Counted from the stretch's first letter, positions 18,674 to 29,485 are shown. The stretch: 46,093 nucleotides of DNA from an uncultured Fidelibacterota bacterium (GCA_913040915.1 CAJWHW010000014.1:1-46093), one strand, 5' to 3'. Notes: generated from the letters alone by a model not told the origin. Made by a program: numbers and translations.

Positions 18674-19926
18674 ATATCATTCGCACGATTAAAGGCACTC
18701 ATGATATTTTGCCTGCAGATTCAAAAAATTGGCAAAATCTAGAAAATATTGTGAATGAAGTATGTGGTAGATTTGGCTATGAAGAAATTAGGACTCCTAT
18801 CTTTGAGGAAACTCGCCTTTTCTCGAGAAGTGTTGGTGAGAATACTGATATTGTTTCAAAAGAAATGTACAGTTGGGAAGACCGAGATGGAATGTCACTC
18901 ACCCTCCGCCCTGAGCTGACTGCATCTGTTGTCCGATCGTTTATCCAACATAATCTAGGTACGCAGGCTCCTATACAAAGGTTATACTATATGGGACCGT
19001 TATTCCGTAGGGAACGCCCACAAAAAGGCAGGCAACGACAATTTCATCAGTTTGGCGTAGAAGCATTTGGATCAAAATACCCGGAGCAGGATGCAGAGAT
19101 TATTGCTATTGCCTGGCAAATTTTAGAAGAATGCGGGCTCAGTAATAAATCCACGCTTCATTTAAATAGTATTGGGTCTACAGAATGCCGACTGGATTTC
19201 AGAGATGCTCTGCGTGATTGTATTCGCCCCAATCTGAATCAATTCTCAGAAACGAGCCAAAAACGGTTTGAAACCAATCCGCTTCGCATACTGGATTCAA
19301 AGGCAGATTTTGAACAGAAATTATTAGAAAATGCTCCGAAGATTTCTGACTTTTTTACAGAGAATGATAAAATAGACTTTGATAAATTACAGTCTTATTT
19401 GACAGCCATGGGTATTCCATTTTCCTTGGATGAGAAATTAGTCCGGGGGCTCGATTATTATTCCAGGACTGTTTTTGAATTCAGATCAACTGCTCTAGGC
19501 GCTCAGGATGCTTTACTTGGTGGAGGACGTTATGACGGACTCGTTAAGACATTAGGTGGAAAGCCAACTCCAGGAATTGGTTTTGCTGCAGGTATGGAAA
19601 GATTTTTATTGGGTATGAATGAACAGAAAAAGGATTCTAAAACTGATATTTATTTTGTTTGTCTAGATGAATCTGTCCTTTCTACATGTCTTTCTCTATC
19701 AAATCAGATAAGGCGAGCTGGTTATTCTGTGATGACAGATCCTAGCCGAAGAAGTATGAAAGCACAGATGCGAGAAGCTAATAAAATGAATGCGAAATAT
19801 GCAATCATCCTGGGGCAAAAAGAGTTAGAAGATAAAACTGTTGTTTTCAAGGATCTTGCAAAAGGAGATCAGGAAAGTATTCTACAATCTGGTTTGATAA
19901 AAAAAATAGAAGGTTTGACAAAATAA
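18670..19926 (+). CDS. hisS: Histidine--tRNA ligase
   Basis: KGTHD, KEMY, LRPELTA, FRRERPQKGRQRQFHQ, LVRGLDYY, GGGRYD. TTG start overlaps the upstream stop. Confidence 0.97.
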   Translation: MNIIRTIKGTHDILPADSKNWQNLENIVNEVCGRFGYEEIRTPIFEETRLFSRSVGENTDIVSKEMYSWEDRDGMSLTLRPELTASVVRSFIQHNLGTQAPIQRLYYMGPLFRRERPQKGRQRQFHQFGVEAFGSKYPEQDAEIIAIAWQILEECGLSNKSTLHLNSIGSTECRLDFRDALRDCIRPNLNQFSETSQKRFETNPLRILDSKADFEQKLLENAPKISDFFTENDKIDFDKLQSYLTAMGIPFSLDEKLVRGLDYYSRTVFEFRSTALGAQDALLGGGRYDGLVKTLGGKPTPGIGFAAGMERFLLGMNEQKKDSKTDIYFVCLDESVLSTCLSLSNQIRRAGYSVMTDPSRRSMKAQMREANKMNAKYAIILGQKELEDKTVVFKDLAKGDQESILQSGLIKKIEGLTK

Positions 19927-19944
19927 ATTTTTCCACATTATATT
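19915..19944 (+). promoter_or_regulatory. Putative sigma70 promoter of topA (TTGACA-N18-TATATT)
   Basis: Perfect -35 inside the last codons of hisS; -10 is 55 nt upstream of the topA ATG. Confidence 0.6.
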
Positions 19945-19999
19945 ACATACGCGTACATGAAAAACAAATTTTTATAGCGATAAACAGGATTTCCATTCT

Positions 20000-22525
20000 A
20001 TGAGCCAAAAACAACTATTGATTGTTGAATCACCCACTAAAGTGAAAACTATACAACAGTATTTAGGGGATGATTATGAAGTTATCTCCTGCGTTGGGCA
20101 TGTGAAAGATCTCCCTTCAAATGAATTAGGAATTGATATTGATAATGATTTCAAGATAACACTTGAACCGTTGCAAGACAAAGAAAAGTTTTTGAAAGAA
20201 TTGCATAAAAGATCAAAAATAGCTGAGAAAGTATTAATTGCAACCGACCCTGACCGTGAAGGTGAAGCCATTGCTGCCCATCTTGCAAGTGAAGTTCCAG
20301 ATGATAAATTGCAGCGTGTACAATTTACTGAGATTACCAATGCTGGTATCAAAGAAGGTCTGACAAACATAAGAGAGATTGATCAAAACCTTGTTGACGC
20401 CCAAATTGCCAGGCGCGTAATTGACCGTCTAGTAGGTTATAAGGTATCCCCGGTTTTATGGGCAACTCTCCAAAGTAATATGAAATTTGTCAAATCAACT
20501 CTGTCTGCAGGCAGAGTTCAATCTGCAGCGGTGAAGATAATTGTAGACAGAGATCGGTTACGGGTTAAATATAAATGGACAACTTATTTTGATTTAAAAG
20601 CTGAACTTCAAAAACATGGAGATGAACAATCATTTAATGCAACTCTAGTCAAACTGGATGACAAGAAAATTGCTTCCAGTAACGATTTTGATTCTGAAAC
20701 TGGAAAATTAAAAAATGAGGATGTTCTCATTTTAACTGAATCTCAAGCGGAAGCTTTAGTGAAAGAATTAGAAAAAGGAGATTGGACTGTAAAAAAAGTT
20801 GAAGAGAAACCAAAAATATCAAATCCAAAACCGCCATTTACTACATCAACACTACAACAGGAGGCAGTACGTAAACTGAGAAGTTCAGCCCGCCAAACGA
20901 TGCGCACAGCACAACAATTATATGAAAATGGGTTTATTACATATATGCGTACAGATTCTACCCATTTATCAGAAGAAGCCATTATAGGTTCAAGACAAAT
21001 TATCCAAAATCTATATGGAGATGATTACTTGCCTAGCACAGCTAACCATTATTCTAAAAAAGTGAAAAATGCACAGGAAGCTCATGAGGCTATTCGCCCA
21101 GCACATAGGCGATTTCGAACTGTGGAGGAAGTCCAAAATATATTAGGGGATGACGCGGCCAGACTTTATGATATGATCTGGAAACGTACAGTTGCCAGCC
21201 AAATGAAATCAGCAAAATTGAAACAGACCAAGATAACTATTAAAAATCAATTATCAGAATTTCGTGCCAACGGACAAGTAATACTTTTTCCAGGGTATAT
21301 GCGGGTATATGTGGAAGGTCGTGATAATCCTGATAAAGATTTAGCTAATAAAGAAAGGATATTACCGAACCTGCAAGTTGATGAAGTACTAATATCTAAA
21401 AACCTCGAGGAAAACTCTCATACAACCAAGCCACCTGCACGTTTTACGGAAGCATCTTTAGTAAAAGCATTGGAGGACAATGGTATTGGGCGACCTTCAA
21501 CCTATGCATCGATTATTTCTACTATTGTGCGTCGAGACTATGTAGATAGATCAGGTGGAAAACTATCACCAACATTTCTTGGTTTAGCTGTAACACAATT
21601 GCTGGAAAACCATTTTACAAATCTAGTTAGTCGGGCATTTACTGCCAAAATGGAGGATGGATTAGATGAGGTTTCTAGAGGTGAATTAGGGAAAATACCA
21701 TTTATGACAAATTTTTATTTTGGCGGCGGTCGATTTACAGGACTGGAAAAAATGTTGGATGAAAAAGTAGATATTCCTGCTGCCTGTACCATTGAAATCC
21801 CTGAAAAGATCACTGGGAATACCGAAGGGAGAATTGGTCGGTATGGGCCATACCTCCGTCGAGGTGAAGATACTCGATCTATCCCTGAAAAAATTTATTT
21901 TGGGGATTTAACACTAGAAGCAATTGAAGAAATCTTCAGCGAAGAAGCAAAAGAGGAAGAATCACTTGGAAACGATCCTGACACCGGCGAACCTGTTATG
22001 ATAAAAAAAGGACCTTACGGTCATTACATACAGCTGGGTGAAACAACAACTCGAAAAGGTATCCCAAAAGGATTTCCATTAGACGATGTAGGTCTGGAAT
22101 ACGCATTAAAGCTTCTCGCACTTCCTCGAGAAGTCGGCACCCACCCTGAAACAAGTGAAACCATAATTGCAGATTATGGACGCTTTGGACCCTATATAAA
22201 ATGTGGTAATCAAAATGCCAGTTTGCGCGGACTGGAAACACCTTTAGACATAACCGTTGAAAAAGCTTTAGAGCTTTTGGCAAATCGAAATAAACGAAGT
22301 TCTGAATTGCGCATGGTTGGGGAACATCCTGAAACTGGTGAAAAAATCACAGTTAAAGATGGCAGATTCGGCCCTTACATAACAGATGGCAAAGTAAATG
22401 CAGCTCTTAAAGGAGATTTAACACCGGAAGCTATCACTCTAGAACAGTCAATAGAACTTATAAATCAACGACGACTTAATCCTCCGAAAAAAAGAAAAAG
22501 AAGAAAAATAAAAAAGAAGAAATGA
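20000..22525 (+). CDS. topA: DNA topoisomerase I with C-terminal Toprim_C repeats and basic tail
   Basis: IVESPTK, ATDPDREGE, SAGRVQS, ITYMRTDS, QEAHEAIRP, GIGRPST; four GR/PxGxY repeats; KKRKRRKIKKKK tail. Confidence 0.97.
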   Translation: MSQKQLLIVESPTKVKTIQQYLGDDYEVISCVGHVKDLPSNELGIDIDNDFKITLEPLQDKEKFLKELHKRSKIAEKVLIATDPDREGEAIAAHLASEVPDDKLQRVQFTEITNAGIKEGLTNIREIDQNLVDAQIARRVIDRLVGYKVSPVLWATLQSNMKFVKSTLSAGRVQSAAVKIIVDRDRLRVKYKWTTYFDLKAELQKHGDEQSFNATLVKLDDKKIASSNDFDSETGKLKNEDVLILTESQAEALVKELEKGDWTVKKVEEKPKISNPKPPFTTSTLQQEAVRKLRSSARQTMRTAQQLYENGFITYMRTDSTHLSEEAIIGSRQIIQNLYGDDYLPSTANHYSKKVKNAQEAHEAIRPAHRRFRTVEEVQNILGDDAARLYDMIWKRTVASQMKSAKLKQTKITIKNQLSEFRANGQVILFPGYMRVYVEGRDNPDKDLANKERILPNLQVDEVLISKNLEENSHTTKPPARFTEASLVKALEDNGIGRPSTYASIISTIVRRDYVDRSGGKLSPTFLGLAVTQLLENHFTNLVSRAFTAKMEDGLDEVSRGELGKIPFMTNFYFGGGRFTGLEKMLDEKVDIPAACTIEIPEKITGNTEGRIGRYGPYLRRGEDTRSIPEKIYFGDLTLEAIEEIFSEEAKEEESLGNDPDTGEPVMIKKGPYGHYIQLGETTTRKGIPKGFPLDDVGLEYALKLLALPREVGTHPETSETIIADYGRFGPYIKCGNQNASLRGLETPLDITVEKALELLANRNKRSSELRMVGEHPETGEKITVKDGRFGPYITDGKVNAALKGDLTPEAITLEQSIELINQRRLNPPKKRKRRKIKKKK

Positions 22526-22962
22526 CATATTCCAAAAGTCAGAAAATTCTCTTTTATTCATTAATATTTCTTATCTCTATTTTAAAAGGCAATCCTAATT
22601 TAGCTCAGGAAATAAAACAAAGCCTAGTATCTCCCTGTTGCTGGGCTGGAACTATTTATGACTTAGACCATAATCCAGAAATAGAAGAACAAATAGAAAA
22701 ATTTGTTTCTCAGGGTAAAACTAAGGATGAAATTCTGGGTTATTATGTTGGCTTGTATGGAGAAAGAATTTTAGCCATCCCTATAGCAGAAGGTTTTAAC
22801 TTAATGGCTTGGGGTGCACCAGTGATTGCAGGGATTATAGGAATTGTTATTTTTATTGTCTATATAAGGACTCCCAAGGAAATTGAAACAGGAGTAATTT
22901 ACAAATCATCAAAAATACCATTCGATGATGAAATAGAATCCGAATTGAGTAAAATGGATTAA
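22522..22962 (+). CDS. CcmH/CycL-like cytochrome c biogenesis protein
   Basis: Signal peptide, LVSPCCW, G.TKDEIL.YYV..YGERILA.P, then W..P and a TM helix. Confidence 0.78.
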   Translation: MTYSKSQKILFYSLIFLISILKGNPNLAQEIKQSLVSPCCWAGTIYDLDHNPEIEEQIEKFVSQGKTKDEILGYYVGLYGERILAIPIAEGFNLMAWGAPVIAGIIGIVIFIVYIRTPKEIETGVIYKSSKIPFDDEIESELSKMD

Positions 22963-22976
22963 AATTATTTCTTATT

Positions 22977-24299
22977 ATGGATAAAACTATCGAAAAAATT
23001 GTCTCCCTTTGCAAACGAAGAGGATTTATTTTTCAATCATCTGATATCTACGGCGGTTTTTCTGCTGTTTATGACTATGGCCCTCTTGGAATTGAACTAA
23101 AAAATAATATTTCACAAACCTGGTGGAAAGAAATGACCCAGGCTCATGAGAATATTGTCGGGATAGATAGCGGCATATTAATGCATCCGAAAATTTGGGA
23201 AGCATCTGGCCATGTTGGAGCTTTTAATGACCCATTAGTTGATTGTAAAAAGTGTAATGCCCGCTATCGTGCAGATGAATTATCTGAAAACTACAATTCT
23301 ATTAACTGGTCAGAAATACGATGTCTGAATTGCGGTACTACTGGGAACATGACTGAACCGCGCCAATTCAATCTAATGTTTAAAACACATGTGGGGCCGG
23401 TGGAAGAGACAGGGACTGAAGCTTACCTTCGTCCAGAAACAGCACAGGGAATTTATGTAAACTATCAGCTTGTTCAAGGTGCCATGCGCATGAAAGTCCC
23501 TTTTGGGATAGCCCAAATTGGAAAAGCATTTCGAAATGAGATTATCGCTAGAAATTTCATCTTTCGAACAAGGGAATTTGAACAAATGGAAATGCAATAT
23601 TTTGTAAAACCAGGAACTGATGATGATATTTTGCGGAAGTGGAAAAAGAAACGGTTCAATTTTTATATAGATAAGTTAGGCATTACTGAATCCAAACTGC
23701 GATTTCATGAACATGGTGAAAATGAATTAGCCCATTATGCCAAAGAAGCATGGGATATTGAATATGAATTCCCATTTGGTTGGTCAGAAATAGAAGGGAT
23801 TCATAATAGGACAGAGTTTGATTTGAAACGCCATGAAGAATTTTCTGGGAAAAATTTGACATATTTTGATCAGCCAAATAATGAAAGATTCCTTCCATAT
23901 ATCATAGAAACATCAGCCGGTCTGAACCGTAATCTTTTAACTGTTCTGGCTGATGCCTATTGGGAAGATAATGAAAATAATCGAATTGTAATGAAATTCC
24001 ATCCAAAAATTTCACCTGTAAAAGCAGTAGTTTGTCCGTTAACTAAAAAAGATGGATTACCTGAACTGGCAAGAAAGATCATGGATATTTTAAAGCCTCA
24101 TTTCAAAGTTTTGTATGATCAGCAGGGATCAATTGGGAAGCGCTACTATAGGCAGGATGAAGCAGGTACACCTTTTGGTATAACAGTGGACCACCAATCA
24201 TTGGATGACAATTCTGTTACTTTGCGTAATCGTGATACAATGGTACAGGATAGAATTTCAGTGGATTTACTATTATCAGCAATACATGATAAAATGTGA
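22977..24299 (+). CDS. glyQS: Glycine--tRNA ligase (alpha2 type)
   Basis: KRRGF, YDYGPLG, LRPETAQG, GKAFRNEI, FRTREFEQME, IGKRYYRQDEAGTP. Confidence 0.97.
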   Translation: MDKTIEKIVSLCKRRGFIFQSSDIYGGFSAVYDYGPLGIELKNNISQTWWKEMTQAHENIVGIDSGILMHPKIWEASGHVGAFNDPLVDCKKCNARYRADELSENYNSINWSEIRCLNCGTTGNMTEPRQFNLMFKTHVGPVEETGTEAYLRPETAQGIYVNYQLVQGAMRMKVPFGIAQIGKAFRNEIIARNFIFRTREFEQMEMQYFVKPGTDDDILRKWKKKRFNFYIDKLGITESKLRFHEHGENELAHYAKEAWDIEYEFPFGWSEIEGIHNRTEFDLKRHEEFSGKNLTYFDQPNNERFLPYIIETSAGLNRNLLTVLADAYWEDNENNRIVMKFHPKISPVKAVVCPLTKKDGLPELARKIMDILKPHFKVLYDQQGSIGKRYYRQDEAGTPFGITVDHQSLDDNSVTLRNRDTMVQDRISVDLLLSAIHDKM

Positions 24300-24358
24300 T
24301 TCTACTCTCCAATAGAAATTTTTATTTTTTATATCCATTTGAAACCAATAATTAAATA

Positions 24359-26053
24359 ATGAAAAGATTTTTACGTATATCATACCTAATACTTTCCTTA
24401 CAATTATTATTTGCTGCTAGTTCTGATCCTGTATTTGGAAAAAACGGCATGGTAGTTTCTACTAGTCGGCAAGCATCTGAAGCGGGGATTGAAATCCTGA
24501 AAAAGGGTGGTAATGCTGTGGATGCTGCCGTGGCAGTTGGGTTTGCCCTTGCAGTAACATCCTCTGGTAATGGAAATATCGGTGGTGGCGGGTTCATGGT
24601 CGGCGCTATGGTAAATGGTTCAAATTTTACTATTGATCACCGTGAGAAAGCACCTGCTTCAGCGCATCGAAATATGTTTATTAATGATAGCGGAAATGTA
24701 ATTCCAGAGATGTCATTATCTTCAAGATCAGCCAGCGGTGTTCCTGGAACAGTGGATGGTCTGATTAAAGCATTAGTAGATCATGGCTCTGGAAAAATTA
24801 GTTTGAGACAGGCATTGGCACCTGCAATCAAATTAGCAGAAAAAGGATTTCTTCTTTCTCATTATGAGGCACAACGGTTTAATTATTATAAAGAATTCTT
24901 TAAGAAAAATAAAGCAGCGGCAGCAATATTTAACAGAAAGGACGGAATCCCATGGGAAAAAGGACATAAGTTTATTCAATCTGATTTAGCAAAAACACTG
25001 AAAAGAATAGCAAAACATGGACGTGATGGATTTTACACTGGACATATTGCTGATCTTATTGTCGCTGAAATGAAAAGGGGTAACGGATTAATAAACCATG
25101 AGGATCTTAAAAATTATTCTTCAGTTTATAGGGATCCAGTTTCGGGAATTTATAAAGGTTATGAATTACTCTCTATGGGGCCACCTAGTTCTGGCGGTAC
25201 ATTGCTCATAAATATGCTAAATATGCTAGAATATTTTCCGTTGGATTCTAGCGGATGGAATTCATCAGATTATGTTCATCTTCTTACAGAAGTGGAGCGA
25301 CGTGCTTATGCGGACCGTGCTGAGCATATGGGTGACCCTGACTTTTGGAATGTCCCTGTTGAAATGCTTATATCTAAAGATTATGCAGCCAACCGCATTT
25401 CGGATATAGATTTAAAAAATGCAACACCTAGTGAGTCTATTCTTGCAGGTAAAACTTCTGATTATGAGTCAAGAGAAACCACGCATTATTCAGTAGTAGA
25501 CAAGTGGGGCAATGCCGTGAGTGTGACAACAACAATCAATTTAAGTTACGGCAGTGGGCATTTAGTTAAAGGGGCTGGGTTTTTTCTTAATAATGAAATG
25601 GATGATTTTTCATCAAAGCCTGGAGTGCCTAATGCTTTTGGTTTAGTTGGGAACGAAGCCAACGCAATCCAAGAGGGGAAGCGGCCTTTGTCCTCTATGA
25701 CACCCACTATTGTCTTAAAAGAGAATAAACCATTTATTATTATTGGCTCTCCGGGAGGATCCACAATTATAACAACAACGATGCAGGTTATATTAAATAT
25801 TATTGAATATGAAATGGATATTAAAGAAGCGGTAGATTCACCTCGGTTTCATTCTCAGTGGTTTCCGGATGTGATAATGACAGAACCCAGAGGACTTGCA
25901 AAAGACGTTGTTAATAATCTTAAAGCTAGGGGACATAATTTGATACCGTATAAATGGGGATATATCGGAGAAGCAAATGGGATAATGATTACTGAACATG
26001 GTTATTACGGCGGCGGTGACAACCGAGGAGAGACTTCAGCAGTCGGCTATTAA
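24359..26053 (+). CDS. ggt: Gamma-glutamyltransferase (exported)
   Basis: Signal peptide, GGNAVDAAVA, IGGGGF, autoprocessing ETTHYS, NNEMDDF, RPLSSMTP, GSPGGSTI. Confidence 0.96.
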   Translation: MKRFLRISYLILSLQLLFAASSDPVFGKNGMVVSTSRQASEAGIEILKKGGNAVDAAVAVGFALAVTSSGNGNIGGGGFMVGAMVNGSNFTIDHREKAPASAHRNMFINDSGNVIPEMSLSSRSASGVPGTVDGLIKALVDHGSGKISLRQALAPAIKLAEKGFLLSHYEAQRFNYYKEFFKKNKAAAAIFNRKDGIPWEKGHKFIQSDLAKTLKRIAKHGRDGFYTGHIADLIVAEMKRGNGLINHEDLKNYSSVYRDPVSGIYKGYELLSMGPPSSGGTLLINMLNMLEYFPLDSSGWNSSDYVHLLTEVERRAYADRAEHMGDPDFWNVPVEMLISKDYAANRISDIDLKNATPSESILAGKTSDYESRETTHYSVVDKWGNAVSVTTTINLSYGSGHLVKGAGFFLNNEMDDFSSKPGVPNAFGLVGNEANAIQEGKRPLSSMTPTIVLKENKPFIIIGSPGGSTIITTTMQVILNIIEYEMDIKEAVDSPRFHSQWFPDVIMTEPRGLAKDVVNNLKARGHNLIPYKWGYIGEANGIMITEHGYYGGGDNRGETSAVGY

Positions 26054-27219
26054 TTTAAATTTCCCAATAAATCTTCTATAAGGTTAAGATATACAGATGG
26101 CCCAACAAGTAGGGCTCTCTCATCCATTGTAAAGTGAGAACAATGATGTGGTGTCTCAAATAATTTTTTTTCATTAGGAGCTGAACCAACAAAGAAAAAA
26201 CATCCGGGGATTTGCTGTAAATAATAAGCAAAATCTTCTCCACCCATAGATAAATAAGGCATCCCTGCTTTTTCACCCACAACCTTTTCAGCCGCTTTTA
26301 ATACATTTTTTGCAGGTAATTCATGATTAATGGTTGGTGGATAACCATCTTCATAATGCAATAAAATTTCAGCACCAAACATATTTTCCACACCTGTAAT
26401 GATGTCTACCATCCTTGATTTAATCAATTGTCTATACTCTTCTTTATAGGCACGCACTGTTCCAGATAGTTTCACTTCATCAGAAATAATATTAAAATTA
26501 TGTCCACCTTTTATCTCTCCAACAGTAATAACTGCACTTTCAAGAGGGTTAGTATTTCTACTGATAATTGTTTGGAATGCTTGTATCAAATGAGAGGCTA
26601 CAATAATTGTATCTACGGTACCCTGCGGTGCTGCGCCATGACCACCAATTCCTTTTATGGTAATATCAAACATATCCGCTGCAGCTAGAACAGGACCTTC
26701 TTTTACGCCAACTTCGCCTACAGGCTGGTAATTCCAAATATGGATTCCATAAATCTCATCAACACTATCTAGGCATCCATCATTGATCATATACCTTGCC
26801 CCTCCTGCACCTTCTTCGGCAGGTTGAAAAATAAATCTTACTTTCCCTTTTAACTCATTTTGTGATTGAGATAATATTTGTGCTGCTCCCAGTAGCATTG
26901 CCATATGTCCATCATGCCCGCAGGCATGCATAACACCATCATTTTTCGATGCAAATTCTAACCCACTTGTTTCTTGTATTGGAAGTGCATCCATATCTGC
27001 TCGAAGTGCAATAGTAGGGCCATCTCCAAAATCAATATCTGCGGTAACACCAGTTTTACCAATATTCATTTTTGGGGAAAGTCCAAACGATTTTAAAAGT
27101 TCACCAATAACTTTTGATGTGCGATGCTCTTCAAACCCTAACTCTGGATAACGATGAAAATCTCTCCTCCAACTAATAATGTTAGATTCAATATCTTTTA
27201 TTTCTGATCTTATATTCAT
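26050..27219 (-). CDS. M20D family amidohydrolase
   Basis: RRDFHRYPEL, LRADMDALP, HACGHDGH, FQPAEE, EDF, PHH. Confidence 0.93.
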   Translation of the reverse strand: MNIRSEIKDIESNIISWRRDFHRYPELGFEEHRTSKVIGELLKSFGLSPKMNIGKTGVTADIDFGDGPTIALRADMDALPIQETSGLEFASKNDGVMHACGHDGHMAMLLGAAQILSQSQNELKGKVRFIFQPAEEGAGGARYMINDGCLDSVDEIYGIHIWNYQPVGEVGVKEGPVLAAADMFDITIKGIGGHGAAPQGTVDTIIVASHLIQAFQTIISRNTNPLESAVITVGEIKGGHNFNIISDEVKLSGTVRAYKEEYRQLIKSRMVDIITGVENMFGAEILLHYEDGYPPTINHELPAKNVLKAAEKVVGEKAGMPYLSMGGEDFAYYLQQIPGCFFFVGSAPNEKKLFETPHHCSHFTMDERALLVGPSVYLNLIEDLLGNLN

Positions 27220-27231
27220 TTTAAATTTTGT

Positions 27232-28272
27232 TTATTGGTTCATAGTTACTAATTGACCACAACCTGCTTCAATTTCTGTACCCTTACTCCAACGAATTGT
27301 TACAGAAAAATTTGCATTTTTTAAAGGACTCAGAAAAGCTTCAATTGCTTTATCTTCAGGTCGTTGATATTGCCCACCAATCTCATTGTATGGGATTACA
27401 TTTAATTTACAATGCATTGAATTTAATAAATGTTTTAATCTTTCAGCATCCCTTGGTTTATCATTTACACCAGCCATTAGAACATACTCAAACGTAATTC
27501 TGTTTCTAGATTTAAATGCATATTCTTTTGATGCTTTGATTAAATCTTTAAAAGAATGAGTCTTTGTAACTGGCATCGTTTTAAACCTTTGTGCACTATT
27601 CGAGCCGTTTAGACTTACGGCCAATTTATAAGGGAGATTTTCTTCTGTAAATTGCCGGATTTTTGGGATAATCCCCGCAGTTGATAAAGTGATTCGCCCT
27701 GCACCCATATTGATACCTTTGGGATTGTGTAGCAAATTCGCAGCAGTAATTGAATTCCTATAATTTAGAAAGGGTTCACCCATACCCATAAAAACTACAT
27801 TGGTAATTTTTTCTGAAATTATTTTCTGTAATTGCAAAAATTGATCTACAATTTCTCCGGCAGTGAGATTTTTTTTAAAGCCCATTTTTGCAGTTGCACA
27901 AAAATTGCAATCTACGGCACAACCAACTTGTGTTGATACACATACTGTTATTCTATTCCCCTCCTTCATTAATACAGATTCAATTTGATTCCCATCAGTT
28001 AATTCAAATAAAAATTTTCGGGTTAATTTAGATATCGATATATCATGTTTCAGTATTTTTAAAGGCTGGATAGGGATAGTTTTTATTTTTTTTCGAAATG
28101 ACTTTGATAAGTTTGTCATAACTGAGAAATCATATATTTGCTGCCGGTATATCCAGTCAAAAAGTTGCCTTCCTCGAAATGATTCTTCACCTAATTTTTT
28201 AGCGAATATTTCTAGCTCCGACATAGTTTGTCCTATAAGAGGCTTTTCATAAATAAGATCGTTCTCTTCCAT
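27232..28272 (-). CDS. rlmN: 23S rRNA m2A2503/tRNA radical-SAM methyltransferase RlmN
   Basis: IESV, CVSTQVGCAVDCNFC, MGMGEP, FEYVL, GCGQL. Confidence 0.95.
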   Translation of the reverse strand: MEENDLIYEKPLIGQTMSELEIFAKKLGEESFRGRQLFDWIYRQQIYDFSVMTNLSKSFRKKIKTIPIQPLKILKHDISISKLTRKFLFELTDGNQIESVLMKEGNRITVCVSTQVGCAVDCNFCATAKMGFKKNLTAGEIVDQFLQLQKIISEKITNVVFMGMGEPFLNYRNSITAANLLHNPKGINMGAGRITLSTAGIIPKIRQFTEENLPYKLAVSLNGSNSAQRFKTMPVTKTHSFKDLIKASKEYAFKSRNRITFEYVLMAGVNDKPRDAERLKHLLNSMHCKLNVIPYNEIGGQYQRPEDKAIEAFLSPLKNANFSVTIRWSKGTEIEAGCGQLVTMNQ

Positions 28273-28486
28273 AACATTGAATTTCCGTTGCTGGGAAGTT
28301 TTCTCAAATTATAATATCGTTATTATAAAATATTTTTTTCTTCCACATTTAGAATTTTAAATTAGGTCATTTACTATTAAGCAATTTAAAATTTCATATA
28401 AAAATTCTAGATTGATTCATTCTTTTTAGGGCTTGTACCTTGGAGTAATTTTTGCACCGTTTTTAACTACAAAATAAATATAACTT

Positions 28487-29482
28487 ATGACTGATTCACA
28501 AAAAGATTTGACTATTTTGAAAAAACTTACTGATGCAAGGCAATCCTTTTTCAATGAAGTTGGAAAAATTGTCATTGGACAACAGGAAATTCTGGATCAT
28601 ATGCTTATTGCATTATTGGCAAGAGGGCACTCTTTACTGGTAGGTGTTCCAGGATTGGCTAAAACATTACTCATCAAAACTTTGTCAGAAGTTTTGGACC
28701 TTTCTTTTAAACGAATCCAATTCACGCCAGATTTGATGCCAAGTGACATTACCGGAACAGAGCTTATTGATATTGATCAAAATACAGGACAACGTTCATT
28801 TCGATTTTATCAAGGACCTGTCTTTGCAAATATTGTATTGGCAGATGAAATCAATCGAACACCACCTAAAACCCAAGCGGCTCTTTTGGAAGCAATGCAG
28901 GAACATAAGGTCACTACTGGAGGAAAGACATATGACCTGGATGAACCTTTCTTTGTGCTGGCCACCCAAAACCCCATAGAGCAGGAAGGGACTTATCCAT
29001 TACCTGAAGCTCAGTTAGATCGTTTTATGTTTAATCTAAGAATAGATTACCCATCTACTGATGATGAAGTTGCTATAGTCAGGGAAACAACAAGAATTGA
29101 ATCAAAATCCCTTAAACCTATCATTACAAAAGATGAAATTGCATCTTATCAGGAGTTGGTTAGGCGTGTTCCTGTAGCAGATAATGTGGTAGAGCATGCA
29201 GTAAAACTCGTAAGTGCGACCCGCCCTCAAATAGCTTCATCCCCTGATTTTATCAAACAGTCTGTTGATTGGGGAGCCGGGCCAAGAGCTTCTCAATATT
29301 TAATTCTGGGTGCCAAAGCAAAAGCAATTCTGGATGGTAGACCTACCCCAAATGTTGAAGATATTCATTCCTTAGCTTTGCCGATTCTCCGGCACCGTGT
29401 TTTACCTAACTTTAATGCAGAGGCCGAAGGACTCAAAATAGATGATATATTAATTCAACTTATCGAGTCTTTAAGAGATTAA
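28487..29482 (+). CDS. MoxR-family AAA+ ATPase
   Basis: GVPGLAKT, RIQFTPDLMPSD, DEINR, ATQNPIEQEGTYPLPEAQLDRF. Confidence 0.95.
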   Translation: MTDSQKDLTILKKLTDARQSFFNEVGKIVIGQQEILDHMLIALLARGHSLLVGVPGLAKTLLIKTLSEVLDLSFKRIQFTPDLMPSDITGTELIDIDQNTGQRSFRFYQGPVFANIVLADEINRTPPKTQAALLEAMQEHKVTTGGKTYDLDEPFFVLATQNPIEQEGTYPLPEAQLDRFMFNLRIDYPSTDDEVAIVRETTRIESKSLKPIITKDEIASYQELVRRVPVADNVVEHAVKLVSATRPQIASSPDFIKQSVDWGAGPRASQYLILGAKAKAILDGRPTPNVEDIHSLALPILRHRVLPNFNAEAEGLKIDDILIQLIESLRD

Positions 29483-29485
29483 TCA

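Noticed and set aside
28440..28456. Sigma54 promoter TTGGAGTAATTTTTGCA (GG-N10-GC) upstream of moxR
   Set aside because: Spacing fits but the -24 box lacks CAC, and the site is equally explained by the TAATTT -10 type seen elsewhere; too weak to call.
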